Assembly (NCBI GenBank): GCA_035455425.1
Contig: DATIFE010000207.1
Coordinates: 5,637 to 69,636 of the forward strand
DNA length: 64,000 nt
Origin: Anaeromyxobacteraceae bacterium
Lineage (GTDB): Bacteria > Myxococcota > Myxococcia > Myxococcales > Anaeromyxobacteraceae
Direction of reading: 5' to 3'
In this document: positions 58,296 through 64,000 of the stretch, piece after piece
Layout of the letters: every line of letters starts with the position of its first letter
Numbering within the stretch: position 1 is the stretch's first letter
The notes under the pieces: model-generated
Database searches by the model: none
Seen by the model: the letters and a program-made list of their open reading frames with translations, nothing else
Told to the model about the DNA's origin: nothing
Made by a program: the position numbers and the translations under genes

Positions 58296-59627
58296 ATGAC
58301 GCAGCGCACCAGCCTCACGATGCTCCTCGGCGCAGTCGCGGCGGGCCTCGCCCTCGGCGCCTGCGGCTCGGCGCACGAGTCCCCGACGACGGTGTCTGGC
58401 GTGGCCTCGACGGACGCGACGGGCGTGACGATCACGGTGAAGGATGCCTCGACCCCGGCCCAGGTCGTGACGACCATGGCCGATGCCGAGGGAGCCTTCG
58501 CGGCCGACGTGACCGGCCTCACCGCTCCGTTCCTCGTCAGGGCCCAGTGGAAGGGCGCGACCGGGAGCGACCGCCTCTACTCCATGGCCACCGAGGCCGG
58601 GACGGCCAACGTGAACCCCCTCACCGACGCGGCGATGGCGGCGGCGAGCCCATCGGGCAACGCCGACGACGTGTACGCCTCCTACGGCGGCAAGGACGGC
58701 CGGCAGACGGCGACCAGCTTCATGGACGTGATGCGGCAGCTCCAGACCGTGCTGGCCCCGCTCTTCGACCTGTACGGGGTCGCCAATCCCATCAGCGACG
58801 ACGCCAGCCGCAAGACCAGCGGCATCAGCGCGCTCCTCAAGGACGTCAGGATCACCATCTCCAACGGGACCGTGACCGTGACCAACCGGGCCACCGGCGC
58901 CGTCATCTTCACCGGCTCCCTGGCCAACCTCGCCTCCGGGACGTTCTACCCCGAGAACATGCCGTCCGGGCCGGTGGCTCCTGCCACCTGCACCGCGTTC
59001 ACCTACTCCGAGTGGAGCGCCTGCCAGGCCGACGGCACGCAGACCCGCACCGTCCTCACCTCGTCCCCGGCCGGCTGCACCGGCGGCTCGCCGGTGCTGA
59101 CGCAGGCCTGCACCTACGTCCCGCCGCCGGCAGGCACCTGCACCTCGTTCACCTACTCGGCCTGGGGCGCCTGCCAGCCGGACGGGACGCAGACCCGCAC
59201 CGTCCTCACCTCGTCGCCGGCCGGCTGCACCGGCGGCTCGCCGATGCTGACGCAGGCCTGCACCTACGTCCCGCCGGCCTGCACCTACACCTACTCGGCC
59301 TGGAGCGCCTGCTCCATGAGCGGGACGCAGACGCGCACCGTCCTGTCGGCGTCGCCGGCCGGCTGCACCGGGACCCCGGTCCTGTCGCAGACCTGCACGC
59401 CGCCCGTGACGAACCCGGTCACCTTCTCGATGGTGGTCTCGTCCTGCACCAGCTGCCACGGGCTCACCTCGAACACCACCGTCTTCAAGTCGGGCGGCTT
59501 CACGGTGACCGGGCGCAGCGCCTCCCAGTGGCTGACGACGGTCAACAACATGGTGGGCCTGGGGACCACCCTGGCGCCGGGCACGACCGCCCAGAACTAC
59601 GCCGACTACCTGGCGAACGTGCCGTAG
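58296..59627 (+). CDS. lipoprotein with three tandem Cys/Trp repeats (thrombospondin-type-1-like) and a C-terminal CXXCH cytochrome-c-like module
   Basis: ATG 58296 lies 7 nt after GGAGGA, within ORF 58281..59627. The lipobox is LALGAC. It has a CarboxypepD_reg-like segment (VTITVKDASTPAQVVTTMADAEGAF). Three repeats of CTxFTYSxWSACQxDGTQTRTVLTSSPAGCTGGSPxLTQAC follow, and CTSCH is at 59445-59459. Confidence 0.8.
   Translation: MTQRTSLTMLLGAVAAGLALGACGSAHESPTTVSGVASTDATGVTITVKDASTPAQVVTTMADAEGAFAADVTGLTAPFLVRAQWKGATGSDRLYSMATEAGTANVNPLTDAAMAAASPSGNADDVYASYGGKDGRQTATSFMDVMRQLQTVLAPLFDLYGVANPISDDASRKTSGISALLKDVRITISNGTVTVTNRATGAVIFTGSLANLASGTFYPENMPSGPVAPATCTAFTYSEWSACQADGTQTRTVLTSSPAGCTGGSPVLTQACTYVPPPAGTCTSFTYSAWGACQPDGTQTRTVLTSSPAGCTGGSPMLTQACTYVPPACTYTYSAWSACSMSGTQTRTVLSASPAGCTGTPVLSQTCTPPVTNPVTFSMVVSSCTSCHGLTSNTTVFKSGGFTVTGRSASQWLTTVNNMVGLGTTLAPGTTAQNYADYLANVP
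58989..59405 (+). repeat. three tandem intragenic repeats (150, 141 and ~126 nt)
   Basis: The units start at TGC codons 58989, 59139 and 59280. Units 1 and 2 differ by roughly ten substitutions over ~138 aligned nt by eye. Unit 3 is more diverged. Confidence 0.85.
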
Positions 59628-59738
59628 CTTCCGGGCTCCGTGCCGGTCGTCCGGGGACGTCCCGCGCCCGCGCCGGGCGGGACGTCCCCCACGGCTGCGT
59701 CTCCTGCGCCCTCGGGCTTCGACCTCGTCGCCGGATCC

Positions 59739-60512
59739 TCACGGCGGCGCCTCGAACCCGGCCCGGGCGAAGCGGGCCCGAGCGAGCGGGCCGGTGAGGA
59801 AGCGCAGGAAGGCCGCGGCGGCCTCCGGATGCCGGCCGGCCGTGGGCAGGACGCCGGAATAGGTGGTCGAGGCCTGGAGATCCCCGGGGTACGGTCCGAT
59901 CAGCACGACCTGCGGGACGGAGAGGATCTCGCTCACCTGGGTGAGGCCGATGGCCTCGGCCTTGGACCGCGCCATCGCCACCATGGCCTCGCGGCCCCCC
60001 GGAGCGACGTGCCCCTTGCGCCGCACCTCGTCCCCGACGCCGAGGCGATCCGCGACTTTCAAGAGGTGGGCCCCGGCGGTCGCAGTGGCGGGGTCGGCGT
60101 AGTACACCTCCGCCGCCCGCAGGAGCGCCCGCCTCAGATCCTCGGGCGTGCCCACCGCAGGCCGCGGCGCGCCGGCGCGGACGGCGATTCCCCCGCCCAC
60201 CTGGCCCAGGTCGACCCGCGAGCCAGCCCGCACCAGGCCCCGGGCCGCGAGCTGCTCGACGATGACCGGGGTGACGATGACGACGTCGGCCCGCTCTCCG
60301 GACTGGACCCGGTCGCGGAGCTTGCCGACGGCGCCGAAGGACAGGGCCACGGTGTGCCCGGTCTCCCTCTCGAAGGTCCCGACCACGTCCCGCACGGTGG
60401 ACTCGGTGGCTCCGGCCGCCAGGACGACGAGGTCGTCGGCGAGCGCCGGGGTGCCGCCGCCGAGGAGGAGCGCGGCGGCGATCCCCTTCGCGCTGCGAAT
60501 CGGCCTGCGCAC
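59739..60512 (-). CDS. periplasmic substrate-binding protein (ModA/PBP2-like), orphan
   Basis: GTG 60512 (GGGAGG 9 nt upstream) within ORF 59739..60773. A signal-like AAALLLGGGTPALA is followed by DLVVLAAGATESTVRDVVGTFERETGHTVALSFGAVGKLRDRVQSGERADVVIV. This follows the molybdate/sulfate-type binding-protein pattern. Confidence 0.65.
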   Translation of the reverse strand: MRRPIRSAKGIAAALLLGGGTPALADDLVVLAAGATESTVRDVVGTFERETGHTVALSFGAVGKLRDRVQSGERADVVIVTPVIVEQLAARGLVRAGSRVDLGQVGGGIAVRAGAPRPAVGTPEDLRRALLRAAEVYYADPATATAGAHLLKVADRLGVGDEVRRKGHVAPGGREAMVAMARSKAEAIGLTQVSEILSVPQVVLIGPYPGDLQASTTYSGVLPTAGRHPEAAAAFLRFLTGPLARARFARAGFEAPP

Positions 60513-60620
60513 TGGAGTCGGCCTCCCGGCGGACCCTACCCCCCGCCCTCGCGGTCCTTCAAGCGGCCCCGCCCCGGGTCCGGCCGGTGTAGAACCAGGG
60601 CCCGGGAAGGGAGGCCGCCC

Positions 60621-61022
60621 ATGAGGAAGGCGATGGTCGTGGCGGCCCTGCTGCTGTCCTGTCGCGGCGGGGCGCCTGCGGGGGGTGGGGAGCCGCGCCG
60701 CTACACGGTGCGCGGGGAGATCGTGCAGCTGCCCGCGGCCGACCGCCCCGGCTCCGACCTGATGGTGCGGCACGAGGCCATCGACGACTTCGTCGATGGC
60801 ACGGGGCAGGTCGTCGGGATGGACTCGATGGTGATGCCCTTCCGGGTGGATCCGGCCGTCTCGCTGCGGGGACTGGCCGTCGGCGACCCGATCGCGCTCC
60901 GCTTCGCCATGGACTGGGAGAAGCCGTCGCTTCGCGTCGAGAGCGTGGAGCGGCTTCCTCCCGGCACCGCGCTCCGGTTCGGCCCTGCCCGCCGCCCGCC
61001 GGCGAAGGCGCCCCGGCCGTAG
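60621..61022 (+). CDS. CusF-like small periplasmic (copper-binding-type) protein
   Basis: ATG 60621 (GGGAAGGGAGG upstream) with a signal or lipobox (AALLLSC). YTVRGEIVQL...LMVRHEAIDDFVDGTGQVVGMDSMVMPFRVD...LAVGDPIALRF follows the CusF_Ec-type pattern (H...M.M.F). Confidence 0.5.
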   Translation: MRKAMVVAALLLSCRGGAPAGGGEPRRYTVRGEIVQLPAADRPGSDLMVRHEAIDDFVDGTGQVVGMDSMVMPFRVDPAVSLRGLAVGDPIALRFAMDWEKPSLRVESVERLPPGTALRFGPARRPPAKAPRP

Positions 61023-61087
61023 ACGAGCGCCGCCACCGGGGTCGGGTAGACTGGCCGCATGGGCTCGTCAGGCTGCGGCGTCACCTG

Positions 61088-62452
61088 GTGACGGAGGCGG
61101 GCAAGGCGGACGTGGCGGTGGCCTCCGGCCCGGCGCCGGGGGCCCTGCACCGGGTCCTGGGCCTCGGGTTCGGGATCGCCATCGTCATCGGCAATGCCGT
61201 CAGCGCCACCTTCAACACCTCGGCCCAGGTGGCGCAGGTCCTCAGCGACGGGACGCTCATCCTCCTCGCCTGGGCGGTGGGAGGCCTCTACGCCTTCCTG
61301 GGCGCCAACGCCCAGGCCGAGCTCGGGGCCATGCTCCCGCTGGAGGGCGGCCCCTACGCCTACGCCCGCCACGCATACGGCGAGTACGGGGGCTTCATCG
61401 TCGGGTGGGCGGACTGGATCGCCAACAGCGCGGCGGTGGCGGCCTTCACCCTGCTCATCGGCCAGAGCCTGGCCGAGATCTGGCCCGCCGTCGGCCGGGC
61501 CAGCGGCTCCATCGCCGCCGGCTCGGTGATCGTCTTCGCGGCCCTCAACTGGATCGGGATCCGGGTGGGGGACGGCGTCCAGAAGGCCATGAGCGCCCTG
61601 TGGGCCCTGGTCCTGCTGGCCTTCGTCGTGGCCGCCTGGGCCTGGAGCGGGCCGGTTCCCGGCGGACCCGCGGCGCCGGCGCTCGCCGGCGGAGGGCACC
61701 TGGGCACGCTGACCGCCTTCCTGGTGGCCCAGCGCTTCGTCCTCTACGCGTACGGCGGGTGGAACGCCCCCCTCTACTTCGCGGAGGAGCACCGCGACGC
61801 CCGCAGGCACCTCCCCCGCGCCATGTTCGGCGGCGTGGCCCTGATGATGGCGCTCTACCTGCTGGTGAACGCCGCGCTCCTCCGGGTGCTGCCCGTCGAG
61901 CCACTGCGGTCCTCGACGCTGCCGCTGGTGACCGCGACGCGTGTCCTGGCCGGCGAGTGGACCGCCGCCGCGCTGGTGATCCTGACCGTCGTCGCCCTCC
62001 TGGGAGGGCTGAACGCCAACATCCTCTCCACGCCGCGGACGCTCTTCGCCATGGCCCGCGACGGCCTCTTCGCGCGCCGGGCTGCGGCGGTCAACCGCGG
62101 CGGGACTCCCGGCGTGGCCCTGTGGATCACCGCCGGCGCGATCCTGGCCTTCATCGTCTCCGGCACCTACGACGAGCTGCTCTCCGTGTTCGCCTCGGTG
62201 TCGGTGGCGAACGACATGCTGCTGGTGCTGGCGGTGCTCCTGCTCCGGCGGCGCGAGCCGGGGAGGGCGCGGCCGTATCGCGCCTGGGGGTACCCCTGGA
62301 CGCCGCTCGCCCTGCTGGCGGTGGATCTGGCGCTGGGCGTCGGCCTGGTGGTCGGGAGCCCGGCGCAGACGGCCTGGGCGCTGGCGCTGCTGGGGTGCAG
62401 CATCCCGGCCTACCTGCTGGTTCGCCGCGGGCGGCGTGCGAGCCGCGCGTGA
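61088..62452 (+). CDS. APC-superfamily amino acid/polyamine permease
   Basis: 454 aa with a GTG start and about 12 hydrophobic segments. GLGFGIAIVIGNAVSATF and ELGAMLPLEGGPYAYARHAYGEYGGFIVGW are typical of APC transporters. Confidence 0.85.
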   Translation: MTEAGKADVAVASGPAPGALHRVLGLGFGIAIVIGNAVSATFNTSAQVAQVLSDGTLILLAWAVGGLYAFLGANAQAELGAMLPLEGGPYAYARHAYGEYGGFIVGWADWIANSAAVAAFTLLIGQSLAEIWPAVGRASGSIAAGSVIVFAALNWIGIRVGDGVQKAMSALWALVLLAFVVAAWAWSGPVPGGPAAPALAGGGHLGTLTAFLVAQRFVLYAYGGWNAPLYFAEEHRDARRHLPRAMFGGVALMMALYLLVNAALLRVLPVEPLRSSTLPLVTATRVLAGEWTAAALVILTVVALLGGLNANILSTPRTLFAMARDGLFARRAAAVNRGGTPGVALWITAGAILAFIVSGTYDELLSVFASVSVANDMLLVLAVLLLRRREPGRARPYRAWGYPWTPLALLAVDLALGVGLVVGSPAQTAWALALLGCSIPAYLLVRRGRRASRA

Positions 62453-62898
62453 GCGGCGACGGCCCGCATGGGCGTCGAGCTCGACGCGTACGTGCCCGGC
62501 CGGTCCCGGAGCACCAGCGCCCCGCGCGCGGCGAGCAGTTCTCGCAGGATCGAGCGGTGACAGCGCCCCTCGTCGGCGCAGTAGCACCCGACCGAGAAGT
62601 CGGCCGTTCGCGAGAGCGCAGCCAGGAGGTCGAGGGCCCGGCTCGCGGCCGGCGCGCCCATCTCGCGGCGGTAGGCGCGGGCGAAGGCGCTCCACTCGCG
62701 GTCCCCCGAGGCCCGCCTCCCGCGCTGCACGGCGGCGGCGCTCGGCGCCAGCTCGGGGTACCAGACGTCGTACCAGTTCCCCGAGGCGTGCCTCGACTTC
62801 GGGACGCCGCGGGGCGGGTGGCGCACGGTGCCGATGCGAAGCCCTTCGCCCGGAGCGCGCGGCGAGCCGAGGCGGACGATGCGCACGGCCATCTCCAT
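62410..62898 (-). CDS. DUF488 family protein
   Basis: ATG 62898 within ORF 62410..63966. It has VRIVRLGSPRAPGEGLRIGTVRHPPRGVPK, W..ELAPS and VGCYCADEGRCHRSILRELL, the DUF488 hallmark. The 3' end overlaps the convergent permease gene by 43 nt. Confidence 0.8.
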   Translation of the reverse strand: MEMAVRIVRLGSPRAPGEGLRIGTVRHPPRGVPKSRHASGNWYDVWYPELAPSAAAVQRGRRASGDREWSAFARAYRREMGAPAASRALDLLAALSRTADFSVGCYCADEGRCHRSILRELLAARGALVLRDRPGTYASSSTPMRAVAAHARLARRPRRTSR

Positions 62899-62936
62899 CA
62901 CCCCCGGACGGATCCTAGCGGGCCCCGGCCTGCCGG

Positions 62937-63764
62937 TCACCGCCTCCACCCCGGCGGCGGCTCGGCGTAGCCCGCCGGGAAGGGGTGGGCGTTGCGGCGC
63001 CGCCAGGCCTCGTCCCGGCTCAGGGCGCCGTCGAGGTCGATTCCCTGGGCGACGAGGCCGCGCGCGTCGTCGTAGCGCAGGGTGAGGACCGCCGCCGGCG
63101 ACTCGCTCTCCCGCTCGAAGGACACCTGCTGGACCCGGGAGCCGTGCTCCTCGCCGAAGGCGGTGCCGAGGCCGGGGCGCTGCGGAGCGGACTTGCGGGC
63201 CTCGGCCGAGGCGCCCGGTGCCGGTGCTCCCTCGGCGCGCCCGGCCCCGTCCCGGACGTCGGGCTCCGAGCGCTCCCGGAGCCCGATGGGCGGCGGCATG
63301 GGGCGCCGCCACCGCTCGGGGAAGATGGCGGCGCCGACGACGCCGACGTCCCGGGCGTCGCCCATGCGGGCGGCGTAGGAGTCGGGGACGCTGGAGAAGC
63401 GGAAGGCGGCCACCGACTCGGTGGAGAGCCGGAAGCCGTCGATGGTGACCTCGCCACGCGGCTCGACGATGTAGCCGCGCTTGCCGGTGGAGGCCGGGCG
63501 CCCGTCGACCACGTCGCGGCCGTCGACCGAGGCGACGACCTCGATGCGCCGCCCCGAGCCGTTCCTCACCCGCAGGAGGTAGCGTTCTCCGAGCCGACCC
63601 AGCACCCAGGTCCGGCCCCGGTGCTCGAAGGTGGGAAGGGTACGGCCCGACTCGTCGAGGATCTCCAGGCTGTAGGGCCCGCTCCGGGAGGGCGCCTCCC
63701 GGGCGCGGGCAGGGCTCGAGGCACAGGCGAGGGCGGCGAGGGCGAGGGCGGGTGCGAGGCGCAT
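62937..63764 (-). CDS. hypothetical secreted protein (275 aa)
   Basis: ATG 63764 within ORF 62937..63980. A signal peptide (MRLAPALALAALACASSPARA) precedes a beta-rich N-domain (YSLEILDESGRTLPTFEHRGRTWVLGRLGERYLLRVRN...RGYIVEPRGEVTIDGFR). I recognise no family. Confidence 0.6.
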   Translation of the reverse strand: MRLAPALALAALACASSPARAREAPSRSGPYSLEILDESGRTLPTFEHRGRTWVLGRLGERYLLRVRNGSGRRIEVVASVDGRDVVDGRPASTGKRGYIVEPRGEVTIDGFRLSTESVAAFRFSSVPDSYAARMGDARDVGVVGAAIFPERWRRPMPPPIGLRERSEPDVRDGAGRAEGAPAPGASAEARKSAPQRPGLGTAFGEEHGSRVQQVSFERESESPAAVLTLRYDDARGLVAQGIDLDGALSRDEAWRRRNAHPFPAGYAEPPPGWRR

Positions 63765-63858
63765 GGTCGTTCTCCTTCCCCGGTGAACGCGCCAGGCCGG
63801 GAAAGGATCTGCGCCCGGCCGCGCGCCTCGAGGCTGGCATCCGCCTGCGTTCTCGGGC

Positions 63859-64000
63859 ATGACTCCGCCGATGGCGCTCCCGTCCACGCTCCACCACTTC
63901 GACCTCCGCTTCTCCCGGACCGACCACGGCGTCGAGGGCGAGGCGGCGCTCAAGATCGCGCGCCACCCGTCGGAGACCATGGAGCGGGTGTGGCTGCGGG
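63859..64000 (+). CDS. yaeQ: YaeQ family protein, 3'-truncated by the window edge
   Basis: MTPPMALPSTLHHFDLRFSRTDHGVEGEAALKIARHPSETMERVWLR contains the YaeQ hallmark ARHPSET-ER. The start is ATG 63859 or, more likely, ATG 63871 (MALPSTL...). Confidence 0.75.
   Translation, partial: MTPPMALPSTLHHFDLRFSRTDHGVEGEAALKIARHPSETMERVWLR

Noticed and set aside
1-64000. Window-wide look for mobile elements, prophage genes, CRISPR arrays, rRNA/tRNA genes, toxin-antitoxin pairs or classical defence genes (restriction/modification, helicase-nuclease, STAND ATPases).
   Set aside because: None was recognisable. The three small SAM methyltransferases have small-molecule or protein-type motifs rather than DNA-methylase motifs. 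GC composition is uniform apart from short promoter patches, so there is no evidence of a recently acquired island.

Overview
This is a very GC-rich chromosomal segment (by eye well above 70% G+C, with GC3-saturated codons). It is most consistent with a myxobacterial, Anaeromyxobacter-like genome. The taxon call is an inference from Myxococcus-type cysteine-rich-repeat lipoproteins, a TIGR03118-type propeller protein, an ECF-sigma/Ser-Thr-kinase pair and many orphan redox and radical-SAM genes.

I can support about 66 protein-coding genes. Both window edges cut genes: yebC at the 5' end and yaeQ at the 3' end. I found no rRNA, tRNA, CRISPR array, transposase, integrase or phage-like block. Most of the very long ORFs in the six-frame track are antisense or out-of-frame artefacts of the GC content.

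The dominant organised feature is a same-strand block of about 15.5 kb (23.7-39.2 kb). It runs TetR regulator, then E1alpha/E1beta/E2 of a 2-oxoacid or acetoin-type dehydrogenase, then a Liv-type ABC importer with an acyl-CoA-synthetase gene embedded between its two ATPases. It ends in a tightly coupled operon that I cannot assign to any known pathway. That operon encodes a ferredoxin/BFD fusion, an orphan 473-aa protein, a divergent QPRTase-fold protein, a MoCF/CinA-N-like protein, a possible 29-codon sORF and a split MaoC hydratase. This terminal operon is my best candidate for an undescribed (metabolic or cofactor) system.

Other candidates worth follow-up:
- A coiled-coil polytopic membrane protein translationally coupled to a vWA lipoprotein (55.9-58.0 kb).
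- A lipoprotein with three near-identical thrombospondin-type-1-like repeats plus a CXXCH motif (58.3-59.6 kb).
- A BNR/Asp-box propeller, MoaD-like (GG+2) and methyltransferase operon (49.2-51.3 kb).
- A CBS, PflX-like radical-SAM and wHTH/poly-Cys Fe-S trio (17.7-20.9 kb).
- An orphan radical-SAM/SPASM-like gene flanked by DksA/TraR and CheR genes (13.4-15.8 kb).

All functional calls rest on motif recognition by eye and on memory of protein families. No database search was possible.
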